Assembly (NCBI RefSeq): GCF_000150275.1
Contig: NW_002060948.1
Span: 1,201,983-1,265,982, forward strand
Direction: 5' to 3'
Source: Trichoplax adhaerens
Taxonomy: Eukaryota; Animalia; Placozoa
Length of the DNA stretch: 64,000 bases
How positions within the stretch are numbered: position 1 is the first letter of the stretch; each line of letters opens with the position of its first letter. The translations under genes and the position numbers were made by a program. The notes beneath the pieces are model-generated. The model ran no database searches. It was given only the letters and a program-made list of their open reading frames with translations, and had not been told where the DNA came from. Positions 13,301-26,399 of the stretch are shown here, piece by piece.

Positions 13301-14753
13301 TAACTGCCTTAGTGAGCAATAATTTAAATCTTATACCTCCAAATAGCGAACTACAAATAATACAATTTAGCTTAAAAACATTTGCTTCGTTAATAGATTA
13401 TATCACAATAATGTAAAAATAGGTCGTAGAATAAAATAATACTATAGATCGTCGACTGCAAGTTTTAGATGCAACTTAAACTCTGAATTAGTTTAAATTA
13501 CATTATTTTTCCGAGGATTTATAAAATTGTTGTATAATATGGTTTTATAAAGCACCATAAGTGATAAATAATTTTATAACTGTTGATAGGTTATAGTCCA
13601 GATTTCATGAACGAACTGAAACATCGGATATCTAGCTTGAAACACGACGATGATGATGCAGAATCAGTAAGAACCGAGGTAATCTTTTATTTCTAATAAT
13701 AGATATTTTCATTATTATGTAAAGGTAAAACAGATGTAGTCTGTCATTAAGTTTATATAAATACTTTCAATTGATTCGTAACATAGTAAGCTTATTAGTT
13801 TTACTATATATTACAGACATTTGTATTCAAAACTTTATCTTGCAATTTAATGAATTGTACTAATTAGCTTATTTTTATATCTTTATTTTCTCTTTGGCTA
13901 AATTTTACCTTAAAAGCAGTCTACCAATAGCCGAAGAAGGAAAAAAGTTTCTTTCAAGTTGACAGTAAGTCTATCATTCACAACGCCTAAAGCAACGTAG
14001 TTACGGCTGTGATTATTTTAATGATCATTGAATATTTCGGTAACCATATTCACGTATATGAAATTTTATTGATATTATTCTATCATTGCTGTTATTTTTT
14101 AATCTCATTAAGAAGGATGATGAATTGCCAAGAATTAGAACAAGTAATGTTAAAAATGGAGCCGATGATGTATTCGCTAACCCGCTACCACCACCGCGGT
14201 TACGAAAATCTTTTAGCAATGGTAGTAACGTTATTTTTATCAGATACGGCGTAAAATTTTACTTAAATCTGCAGTTGATGCAATAAGCTCAACTCAATTA
14301 TCATTAGATCGTCCTTCTGCACTATAAATTAAACTCGAAAGGATATTAACTTATCGATTCCACTTACGCAGTTGAAAGTGCACCTAGATCAGGAATTTTA
14401 AGAAAGTCAACGTCCCTAGGCTCGAATGAAGGATATTTAAACAGTCGAAGCTTGACACCGTCACCCAATTTGGCTTCGAATAATTCAAGTATCGAGAATA
14501 TTCCTACACCGGTGGTGGCAAGAATGGTAAATGATATTAAAATGAAACTCTGTATAAATTCATATAAGTGATGCTTTATCATTCTAATTATAAATCATAA
14601 ATTAAAGTATTATAACTTCTATGGTATATTTTATTGCAGAATGTTATACCTAGAATGCTGCCTAAGCCGACAATTGTAAATGGAACCAGTATAAATACTC
14701 AAGCTAGCTCTTACTATGCCAATAATAATGGTAACTATGGTACTGATCTGTAG
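10354..14753 (+). CDS. CCDC85: Coiled-coil domain-containing protein 85 family (DUF2216)
   Basis: RLRRSESEKMGLMMDHSNLMQD...LQEIQRLRQTNERLQDENEEL and ENRILKEICTYLD match the CCDC85 coiled coil as I recall it. Exons with GT-AG and consistent phases: 10354-11020, 13590-13678, 13917/13920-13964, 14113/14116-14221, 14372-14526, 14640-14753 (ends ...YGTDL*). The 3' exons rest on splice and frame logic only. Confidence 0.8.
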
Positions 14754-15519
14754 GACTTAATCGAATTGAATTAGATTTTCTAGCAAACGCTTAACAAGGT
14801 GGGCTATTTAGGTTTTATATTAAATTCAGATTAATTAAGGAATAGATCTTAGCATTAATGAGATTTTTACTATACAATACGGTATGATGACTACTACAAG
14901 AACTCAGTTTCACTAACATAAATTATTTCAGTTAAAGTATTTCCAATCACATCACAAGAAACAACCTGATGAATAGAAAAACTACGTATTTAATTGATTT
15001 GCTTCTCTATTTACTATGAATAGATCGATTAATTATAGAACAATCAAAAAATAATTTCAAGGCTGTAACCCGTGTCAAGCGTCGTCCATATTTTTATTCA
15101 AGGATAAATAAATTATAATTCGTTTATAGGAAATAAAAAAATAATTGTGATAGACCGCATTACGGTGGCTGACTTAAATAAATAATGTTCAGTTTCCTTA
15201 TCTAGTATCTTGCTTAATATTTTATGATTAGCATAGGTATTTGTTAACTATAACTTATAAATCTGCTATTTTATTCATCTTAAACCAATAATATGTAATA
15301 ATAGTAGGTGATTTATTCTTTTATTGGTATGGTAAAAAAATCTCGCCATGTTTTGAATAAGCTCTATTGTATCATACCAGTAATCATTACAGATATGGAA
15401 AGTAATATTAAATTTGATACCATTCTCATATCCATGATTAGAATCAGTGTTGTTTTCTAAGATTAGTGGTATACCACCTGTAATATATTTCGTACTTGCC
15501 TAGACTGTTTCTTATTATT

Positions 15520-15603
15520 TATACGCTATATATGTGCATATGTATGTTTGTATATATGTATGTATGTATATGTGTATGCATGTATGTATGTATGTACGTA
15601 CAG
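15520..15603. repeat. (TATG)n-like microsatellite
   Basis: tatatatgtgcatatgtatgtttgtatatatgtatgtatgtatatgtgtatgcatgtatgtatgtatgtac. Confidence 0.85.
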
Positions 15604-17682
15604 CATAGAATTAATCTATACTACTAAAGAACTAAAAGTCATTTTTTATTATTAAAACTGTTCATATAACAGTCTGGTTCACCATCGAAGGAACCGGCTT
15701 ATTCATGATTCATTCTCTACTTAACTTTATCACCGTAGAAGTGCAAATCTTTTTTATATTATTGTTGCTATTCTTAACTAATCAAGTAAATCATAATACT
15801 ATCCGCATACTTATTTACTCAAGTTGTCTAACAATATTACTTTCAATGTGTTAATACGTTTTACTGACTGAACCAAGCTTGCCAAGGTAGAATTTAAAAA
15901 ATACAAAAATTAGGAACATAATATCTCACTGTAGGACTATCGTACATATAGCTATAGTACACTGATGCTCAGATATCCGCAAGTAAAGTTGGTAAACTCT
16001 ATTAAATTGGTAGCACAGCAATGAGTATTCTGAAATAGTATACTCAGTAAAGTCAACAAATATGCGTAGTATCACGAGTAGAGGAAGGTTCTACGCATAT
16101 GAAGATATGCTGAGTAATCGCCCATATTGTCAACTGATAGAGCTGAATTGTTTTGCCTTGCATATGAATGCTTGCTGAATCTGGTATTTGGATGTATTGC
16201 ATTCTTATGTATTAACAAGCATATAAGCATATATATACGCGTATTTAGTACTATGTACAATTATACAAATTGTTCCTTTGAATATTATCTCGTGAAACTA
16301 ATACCGCATTTATTAACTACTATTGACAATATTACATAATAATAGAGATTCTGTCTGTTAAAGCATGAAGTACAGTGGTTAGTTTCAGTTTGGACGATTC
16401 CATTTGAGGAAAATTCTTATTATGTTGGTGCAATTGTTTTAAAGTATGTTTAACAACTTGGTGCTACATAACAGCTTTGTAAATTAGTCTGACAATTTCA
16501 TAGCATATTCACGGGCAAGGAATTTGTTCTTAATTTCGTTGTACTATATTGAATCTTATTTACTTTCGCTTGCTTTCATCTTGATTGTGGTAAAAGTCGA
16601 ACTATATATAATGAATTTCTTATGAGAAATTTCATTACTAGATTCATACTGTATTTATATATTACAATTTAGTTTACTTCGATTGCATTAAGCCACTCTT
16701 AGCTTCATTTGATTACATAGTGATTACTGTACAGTATAGTATTAATGTATCTAATGATATTGAAACACATTTAACTAATACATGTACTATACTTGTTAAA
16801 TATGAAATTTCATTGTTAACTATCGTTATGCATACTACGTCAATCATTAAAACAAGAGTCAATTTTTTCCATTGGATTTCATTTTATCGACGGTATATGT
16901 GGGTATGTCTAGTGATCATAGAGTTCTAGTATGATTCTACTGTGTCGCTAATTATATTATATTTTATTTTATGCTCGTGATCGACATTTTGGGTGCTTCA
17001 CGTAATTCAGTTTTTATATTTCCGATATTTTTTATAATGATAGCTTACGATTTCCATGCTACAACGTTATTTCTGCTGAAGTACCTTCTCTTATTATCTA
17101 TGATTATATCTAGATTGCAATTTCGTAGAGTAAAATGTATATTTTGGTAGACCATGTCTCAGTTTGAAATTGGGCGGGTCAAAAACATTGATGTACTATT
17201 GCGTAAGGGAATTTAATGATTAAAAATATAGAAAGAGTGATATAATGAAAACGTGAATCAACTATACATTTTTCATCACATTTCCAACATTAAAGTAGTC
17301 TAATATAGCTGTGTCAATGCATAGTTCTCATTGTAGACTTAATATCAATATATTTAAACATTTTGGTTCGAATTAGATTTATTTAGATAATCTTTTATTG
17401 CAATCTGTACAACATGTAACAAATGAAATTTCAATTATGCAACAAACTTTATCTTAAATAAATGATATACTTTTACTAGCCAATAGTACTGTTGTGCATC
17501 TTTGTCTTATATCGTAGTATTTCTTGACAAGGGACTTTTAAACAGACCGTACATTAAATTCTCCGTCAATATTTTAGTATTCCAACTTTGATAGATCACG
17601 ATAGAATTTCGTATACATAAATACTCATCAACGAATACTAATCGGTTACCAAATTTAAAAAAAAAATCCTAAAACGTATTAA

Positions 17683-20600
17683 TTAACCCATCCAGTTTTG
17701 AAAAGAACCAGAATTACTAGGTCTCATGTTAGAGTTCATCGGTGGTGGCTGAAATGAATGATTAACAGGTAAATTAGTTCCAGTGCCTGGCTGTTGTGGA
17801 AATTGCGGTATTGCGGCGATGTTGCCCCAATTTTGCATTGAGTTAGTGGGATTGGCGCTCATTACTCCAATACCTGGTTGTACCTCAGTAAGATTATTGA
17901 TTGGAGGGACTAACATTGTCATAGGAAGTGGCAGGGGGGGCTGAATGACAGATTGATTTAACATTCCTAATCTAGCTGCAGCATCAGGAGGCATAACAGG
18001 TATTGGACCAACAGTCGAAGCAGTGTTTGGCATCACGCTAGGCAGGGGAGGATTACTTGACGGTATCATCATAGGAAGTGGCGGCGGTACAGCAGAAACA
18101 ACTCCAGCAGGTGGGGGAGCTCGAATACTTTGAGTATTGTCAAATAGGATTGGTGCCATCGATGCTGCAGTTTGATTTGATTGAAGTGATGATACTGATG
18201 TTGAAGTTGGTACTTGACGGACTTGGCCGGATGATCCTGTCGTAACTATGGGCTGGCGTGTTGGCGTATGCATCACAGTTGATCCTAATAATCAACGTTA
18301 TCAATTATAAAATAGCATTTATTAGTATTAATGTTCTGATATTATACTACTGTACTATATATGTCAGTACAATACAGTTTGTCTGCTGTATACCTATTGA
18401 TGGGTTATTTATTATTGAAGAGTTATTCTGTATTGGCGGCTTAGAAGGTTCTTGTATTTTTGGAGCAGTGCTATTATATGATGCTGATGTTATCATAAAG
18501 GTAGATATAGTTAGTAACTTTTTATTTACGTTAAATAGATTAACCTAGAAATGACTTTATCCGCTAATGACAATCATGCAATTAGTGATGTCGTACATTT
18601 TAGTCTTCGTGCATTTTCCCAGTCCTAAAATGAATTGGTAGTTAGAGATAATATAGTATTGAATAGAAAAATTTATAAAGTTCTGTACGGAATGGATTGA
18701 GGTACCTTCATTGTTATTTTAGGAGGAGAAATCATATTATAGTTGGATGCACCGACGTCGGTTTTATCGTAAAAATCCAGCATTTGCAGACAGATATCTT
18801 GCAGTAATAGAAAAGATATATAAAGATCATACCTTGAGCACAATCAAATGCAATACAATAAAGCTATCGCAATTAAGGGTTTAGAATTACCTTCCAAAAC
18901 GTCACTGTTAATTTCTGGTAGAAAATGTTGCCACCACGATTTTGAATGATCGTAATGTGGGCCGTCCGGGGCGGCACTAAGGTTATATTTGGATAATTTT
19001 GCTGCTAAATGTAACAACGACACCGCAACTACCTGAGGTTTCCATTGCAAGCATAACGTGGTACTGAGACTGATGAATTGTAGACAGATAATGATGAAAT
19101 ATTGGTGGTTAGCCATTGATCGCATTTATTCCAAGCGAAACATACCACAATAGATATTTTTACCTGTCATTTACAAAATTCCATGCCATTTGGACTACCT
19201 TTTCAATTTGTGCTCGATCATCTTTTAAATTTTTGGCAAATTTAACAATATATTTATAGGGGTGTTGAACACATAAGTCAAATTTAATGGTTTGTAAAAG
19301 TAATCTTTCATGGCTGATAATCTCCTCCTAAATAAATAAAAAAATTAAGTAAAATAGAACAATCTTATTTGATCAGGCGTCATCGTCATCATCGTGGCAA
19401 TATTTTACAACGTACAGTATATGAGTATAAGGTATTTTTTCTTGGTTAAATTTTAATAAATGATTCAGTTAGTTTAATTGCTGACTATAATTCTCTTATT
19501 GATTAATTGTTGGTGATTGACGAGGTTTAATGAAGAAAATTACAACCTTTGGATCATCACCAAATGCTTCCATTTGGCGTTCAGATAATATAGTCCGTAC
19601 AGCTTTGACTAAGTCCCTGCATTTCTTAGGAGTTTCCTCCGCTTTACCTGCTAAATATAGGCATGCCGCAGCGCCAATCTGTAAATCAATTATAAGAAAA
19701 GATTAGAAATAAAAATAATTTTGTTGAATTCAAACAGCGAGAAATATTTCAGCATTGATTTAATAATGGCATGATTGAGTTAGCAGCAGTAATAGTTTCT
19801 TCTTATTACTGTGCAAGATAAAACTTTGGTTGCATGAAAGCATTAGAGACTTACTAATCTATTGATTGTCTTGAAAGAATGCATCATATAAAATCGATGA
19901 TAAAATACGATTCCAGTAGCTACTGTTTCGTATCGCCTACAATTTGAGTTAGTGAGGAATTAAGGAAGCTATATTTTTCAATCTTCATTTGAAATTACAT
20001 GACATTAGGTACTGAATGAAGCACATATGCGTTCACCACTATCAATTATCACAGACTCGACAGGGCCTAGAATCCTATTTGATATTAGATGAATTCCATC
20101 TATTAACATTAAGCTATGACGATTCTACAGTACGCAGAAGACACGATTTATTACGCTATTGCTTGATTGTTACGGTCAATCCTCGGAATGATAATATAAT
20201 AGCAAGGCAATAGGTTGCCGGTATCTATTGGCCACTTTAGCATAATTCTTCTAGCCGTTCCAACTATCAGCCATACTCGCATACTATAAATAGAGAAGTA
20301 CTTGGGTATTTTTCTCAAGTCTAATACTATCTATAACTACAAATAATTTCTCTCCAGCGATTACGATCACTGACTGTATTGTACTCTACTGGATGCTTTT
20401 GGATTTTGATGTTGACAGAAAGTATCCAAATATGCTGGATGCATGATCCAGTATTTTTCTTCACGTTGATACAAAATGATTGCCAATACAGTAGTAGGAA
20501 CACAGTGTACATTATAGACTTGTAGACTACGTCATATAATCGCGATAAGATCTATTTTGTGGTTAATGTATAACATGCAGTTATCCAGTTTAGATTGTTT

Positions 20601-20823
20601 TGTAATACTAAGGCTAGAATAGAAAACTTATTAGAATCTCTTCTCATGGACAAGTGGATAATTTAGGCTGTCATTGTCAAGGATACAAGTTCATCCTGTT
20701 GCCAACATCCATGATGAATCGGGCACCTTCACGTCTGTAGCGACATTCAGCAGTTATTTCGATACCATCACTCCTTGATGGGCTATTAACAATTTCATTG
20801 CTACAAAAGTACCAAGACGACAT
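17683..20823 (-). CDS. CCNK: Cyclin K
   Basis: [91 protein letters not shown] and a Pro-rich tail. Exons: 20823-20687, 19936-19855, 19678-19547, 19327-19164, 19069-18891, 18797-18706, 18624-18597, 18483-18394, 18284-17683. Confidence 0.95.
19937..20686 (-). other. U12-type (minor spliceosome) GT-AG intron, cyclin K intron 1
   Basis: Donor GTATCCTTG; branch site TTCCTTAAT at 19967-19959, about 22 nt from the AG; splicing restores MNL|RYETVATG. Confidence 0.88.
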
Positions 20824-21456
20824 GACGATTATTTCAATTTGTTTCTTTTACATTCTAACTCTTGACGACTTGCTAAAAAAAGTAGAAGGTAAAGCCATTT
20901 CTTTTCTTTCAACGCAGTACGACAGACTGAACCCAGGACGCTAATCCTGTTGCAGTTAGTACCGTTCCGCCAGATCGCCACAGTACATTGTACTACGAGC
21001 TACAGTCTCCGTACTGTATGTATGTACTGTAAAGGTCCAGACCAGCCAGAAGATCTCTCTACGCATGACATGCTACAGTGTTGTAGTATGTACTATAGAG
21101 TGTCCCAAGTATGCCTTGGTGCCTTGTATAAATACTCTTCAGGATTGTGTCAATCGTTTACTGTATAGTACAAAGTCAGTGTAAAAAAAATGCCATACTG
21201 TACTCAGTATACTGTACCATATAGTATACTATCTATACAGATACAGTATGTCGTAAGTATTGACTGTCGATAACTATACCTGAAAAACAAGTCTAGTGAC
21301 TGTCTCTCGCTGGATTCTATAATACCACTATGCAACTCATTGGCATGTGACTTCTCTACTTGGCTGTGTATGGCTTGCATAGTGGTGCATGATACCTTTC
21401 GATCAAAACAACCCAAGTATCCTTCGTTTCCATATTCTTTCTGTGTTGATCTAAAA
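20824..21456. promoter_or_regulatory. Head-to-head (bidirectional) promoter region CCNK/UBR7
   Basis: Divergent start codons ~630 bp apart; TACAG/TACTG cluster; YY1-type AAAATGGCGGC overlaps the UBR7 start codon. Confidence 0.7.
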
Positions 21457-24400
21457 ATGGCGGCAAAGGCTGAAATGAGCGACGATGAAGGGGTTATTTC
21501 AATCCGTGAAGCTATCCAAGCGGAAGAAATTTTAGAGGAAGAGACTGCAGCCGTATTAGGTGATGTTGACGACAATAACTGCACATATTCCAAGGTAAAT
21601 GTACGTTATTGCATAGAATACGTAGAGACAGATTGTATGGTATTCGTTTGCATAGCTGTAGTCTACAGTATTCTTTTAGCCAGTCGACCTATTATGAATT
21701 AAACCTGGAGAATTTTTATGAATTCTATTGGATTTTATCATCTTTCGATTAGACATATAGATATGTTATACACTACAAACTATTTTTTCCATTTTGTAGC
21801 ATGTTGGATTTTATCATCTTTCGATTAGACATATAGATATGTTATACACAACAAACTATTCTTTCCATTTGTAGCAGTTTTGGATAGCCGTTGTCTACTG
21901 TTTAGTTAGTCTTTTAGCCAGTCGACCTATTATGAATTATACATGGAGAATTTTCATAGATTCTATTGGATTTTATCATCTTTCCATTAGATATACTGTA
22001 GATATGTTATACACTACAAACTAACTATTCTTTTCCATTTTGTAGCTTATTGGATTTTATCATATTTCGATTAGACATAGATATGTTGTTATATACTACA
22101 AACTAACTATTCTTTCCATGTTATAGCTTATTGGATATGATCATATTTCGATTACACATAGATATGTTATACACTACAAACTATTCTTTCCATGTTGTAG
22201 CTTATTGGATTTGATCATCTTTCGATTAGACACACTGTAGATATGTTATACATGACAAACTAACTATTCTTTCCATTTTGTAGCAGATTGGATTTTATCA
22301 TATTTCGATTACACATAGATATGTTATACACTACAAACTATTCTTTCCATCTTGTAGCTTATTGGATTTATCATATTTCGATTACACATAGATATGTTAT
22401 ACACTACAAACTCTATACATGGTATACGTTCTTGATCAGTCCTTTTTATACAGCGTACAGCATTCGACGTTATATCATTTTACTTTACTGTATCTCCGAA
22501 ATACTGTGCATACGAGTAAGTACTGTACTGTACTGCACTGTAGTAAATGGTAATGCAACCATCGAGTTGAATATTATTATTTATGTTATATCTATAGTGT
22601 TAGCTAATTACAGATCAGCCATATTTTGACGTGGCTTATAAATTCATTTTACTAACGTACTTCCAACACCTGCAATTTTTTCAACTATTCTATCAACGTA
22701 GGGCTATGTGAAACGTCAGCCACTATATGCTTGCTATACCTGTACTGCGAATAAAGGTATTCTGGCAGGAGTTTGCTATGCTTGCAGCATTCATTGCCAT
22801 GATGGTCATATCCTTTACGAATTGTATACCAAAAGGTCAGTAATACAACTTGTATTTAATTTACAATATTTATGCAAGTGTACCATAGGAATCAATACTT
22901 TACTCTTTATGTTAGAAACGAGCTAAATTATACAGCACCTGTTAGCCATGCATGCGTATAGACTACTGTCAACTACCTGTTAACTGTTGTTCTTGTCATA
23001 GTGAAAGAGAAATTTAAATGGTTGATTAATTCGATCTCTTAACCTATTTGTAATTGTATATAGAAATTTTCGATGTGACTGTGGAAACGATCTCTTTTCA
23101 AGTACTCAGTGCACACTAGATCAAGTAAGCAAGATACTACTGTATCGATAGCGATTATAATTAACAGCCCGAAAAATATTTCTCTCCCTTGATGTGTATA
23201 GCTGGTTCGTATTTGTATAATTAATCATACAGCAAAATCCATATCTCGATGAGTATACACCATGCATACAGTCACCTTATAGCGCATTTTAAAATACAAT
23301 CAACAATTAGTATCCTTTATGTTGTAATCTTACATGAAAATGTATGGTCTTACCAGCCTCACATATTGAATGGGTTCGCTACACTAATTGACTGTTGGTA
23401 ATGATGTAAATGCCGTATTTTATTATTAATTGTATCACTGTAAGCTTTATTACCCTGTAACAATCTTGCTGGAGAAAGTTATTGTCATGTGGTAAAGAGA
23501 ATTCTATCAAGCTCGTTAAAGTATTGCTATATTGTAAAGGATAGTAAAGTATCCTTTTAGAATATACGATAAGATTGAGGCCTTTATACAGTACTTGCTT
23601 AGTTTATCGAAAAGTAGCTGAGACCTAGCTGAATCAAAATACAATATTTTACTTTGTTTGCCATTTTAAAACCATCGTACTGAAAGCTACTGATAGAAAT
23701 AGGAAATATCTACACTATGTTTCCTTGACAAAGAATACAGAGCACCGAGATTATTAATAAGTTTTATCAGCAATATTGAGTTCTTGTGAGAATCTTTGAC
23801 CGTAAACTCGCTGTCAAGCGTGCAATCTAATATAACATTGCACTTATTTGCTCAATTATAATTAGTTTTGGACTGAGCAATGCTATACTTAACGTTTCTT
23901 TATAGAAAAAAGATAAATTGAACCTTAAAAATACTTACAATCAGAACTATAAAGGCTTATATTGCGTTTGCAACAGACCTTACCCAGATGAGGAATGTCC
24001 GGTAAGATTCAGCAGTCTTAATGAAATTTATCATTCATTGCGTAGAAATGTATTTATCAGTAAGTGTTAATGTTCTCACTGAACTTATTTCTTATTTAGG
24101 AAGAAAATCAGGATCAAATGATACAGTGCAATATTTGTGAGGATTGGTTCCATGCGACGGTAAATTACGTTCATAACCAATAATAGCACTATAAATGATG
24201 GTTAAATCATAGATCCGAGTAACATGTGCGTGTCATTTCATACTTGAGTATGCTTACATTAGCCTGATAGTCAGTAATTCTATATCTCTTACTGTGAAAT
24301 ATCTCGTGTTTATTTCTTGGACGTGAAATGAAGCTTGATTAGGCTGTAGTAATTATTAATAACGCTTGCCTCTTTAAAATTGAACGTGTACATTGAATTT

Positions 24401-25671
24401 AATTTCAGAATACTAAATTATAATTTTTAATAATAAAGCATTTAGGAAAATGTCTACCAGACAATGACCGATTCACAGAGATGACCTGCGACTCATGTGT
24501 CCGCAAGCATTCATTTTTATCCATTTATTCCCCAATAGTAGACGGTAAATATTGATTAAGGATGTACTGTAATTATGACCTATTCCAGAAAAAGTTGTAT
24601 ATTTGTGAGTAATGGTTGTTTGGTTAGGATGATGTCGTTGCACGTATTCGGTAATAATGCTATCTTCTATGGTATGCCATTACTACATTGTCCGCCTTTT
24701 TCGTTTCTTCTTCTTCAATAGTTACTTATGATAGTAAGGTAGATGTGGAAAGTTTGCCGACTGATTTGGTTACGTCAAATAAGTCAGTTGATAAGGATGA
24801 ACCTAAGCTTAGCGTTAGTAATACTTCAATTTCCTGTGCTGAGGAAAAAGAAGGTGCGACCATTGATTTAATTAATAATGATGGCGCAATTGCAAGGAAA
24901 AGAAAAGCAAGTGATGATCTTTGTACTGATTCAAACGTAAAGAAAGATGCCATAGATACTTGCAAGCTGAAACGATTGCAAGAAAAATATAAAGATATTA
25001 AATGTGACATTTCAGTGATGTACTTCCGCGATAACTGGCGATCAGAGTTGTGCACATGTGGAGATTGTAAGGTTAGATAAGTGATCAAATATTTACTTAC
25101 TGTAATTTTTATTTTATAATATAGCAGTAGCTGCTTAATGACATTGTTCATACACAGCAATTCGTATTTACCTTTGCTTCCATTTTGTTGAATTAGTGTC
25201 TATATAAGTCACATGCTGTAGAATTTCTACTGGATCCTGAAGATAGTATCCATGTGTACGAAGAGCGCAGCAAAGCTAAATACGAATGTCAGCGACATGC
25301 TGGTATAAATGAACTGGATACTCGAATAGACAATTTGTCATATGATCAGAAATGTCACCTGGCTTACGGTGAGACGCTTTGGATTTGATCAGTGTCTGTA
25401 AGGTTTATGTTTATAACGACTGATGTACTCTTTGTCTGCACACTAGGAATCAACGATTTTAAGAATAACTTAACAGAATTTTTGAAAGATCTCGCATCGA
25501 AGAATAAGGTAGACTTTTATGATAGTGCTTGGTATCTAATGTATTCCTGGTTAAAGTGATATTAATATCCTGGTTTGACTGTTGTAGGTTGTTGAACCAG
25601 GTGATATTCAGGATTTTTTCAACATGCAGGAAGAAAAACGAAAAAAATTGCGAACGACCCTTCTTAGATGA
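21457..25671 (+). CDS. UBR7: E3 ubiquitin ligase UBR7 (UBR-box + PHD-like finger)
   Basis: CTYSKGYVKRQPLYACYTC, CYACSIHCHDGH.LYELYTKRNFRCDCG, YNQNYKGLYCVCNRPYPD, MIQCNICEDWFH, WRSELCTCGDC, FLLDPED. Exons: 21457-21594, 22702-22835, 23064-23124, 23906-24001, 24100-24159, 24439-24544, 24722-25071, 25197-25368, 25447-25508, 25588-25671. Confidence 0.95.
21654..22411. repeat. Intronic tandem repeat (~75-85 bp unit, about 8 copies) in UBR7 intron 1
   Basis: Unit ttggattttatcat(c/a)tttcgatta(g/c)acatagatatgttatacactacaaactattctttccattttgtagc; the flank cttttagccagtcgacctattatgaatt is also duplicated. Confidence 0.9.
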
Positions 25672-26399
25672 TTGTGATAGACTTTTTGTGGTGTGATTAA
25701 CCTTTATCGATATTACACGAGCATCATCTTTTGTCGAGGAAAATCAATATTTAAAAGAGCATAGTATGCATGAGTGAGGACGTCAATGTTTAGAAGGAAT
25801 TTACATATATCAAAATTGCGCATTAGACTACGGCAACGTAGCGTAATTATTCAGAGAATAATAAATTTATATATTAAAGATCTAATCTTATCAGTAATGA
25901 ATTAATTAATTAATTACGAACTATTTTATTATAACAGAGGCAATGTGTAACAGTTTGTATAGCTTGAAGTAATGTATGCATCAGCTACTATTCACCCCAC
26001 TGTAATAATAATTCATTGATTGCTTGATCAGGTAATGATTGCGAATTTTAGCGCATTAAAAAAATTATTAGCACGTAATAAATAAGTTTATTGAGACTGT
26101 ATGTATACATTAATGCACTACTATTTAAAAAATAATATTACGTAATGGAAAATACGCCATTCTGCAAATAAAATTTTAATACTTTGCAGCATTTATATTG
26201 CAAGTCGTACAGTACATTCATTAGTAATTGTAGCCATTCCAAATCGAAGTAATTGAATATAATGCTACAAAGCATTTCGATGCTATACATGGGATTGATG
26301 GGATCAGCCATATTAGATACTATTATGATGCAAGAATAGCAAGACTTTTAGGGGCAATTGTATTTGTCATTATTGAGGTCTACCTTTGTAATTGAATTT

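Noticed and set aside
21654-22411. Regular repeats resembling a CRISPR array; ORF 22288-22629
   Set aside because: Eukaryotic intron, units are contiguous with no unique spacers, no cas genes; the ORF is repeat-derived
24726-25160. 144-aa minus-strand ORF (also 21204-21593, 51221-51610, 58564-58779)
   Set aside because: Antisense shadows of real or likely coding exons
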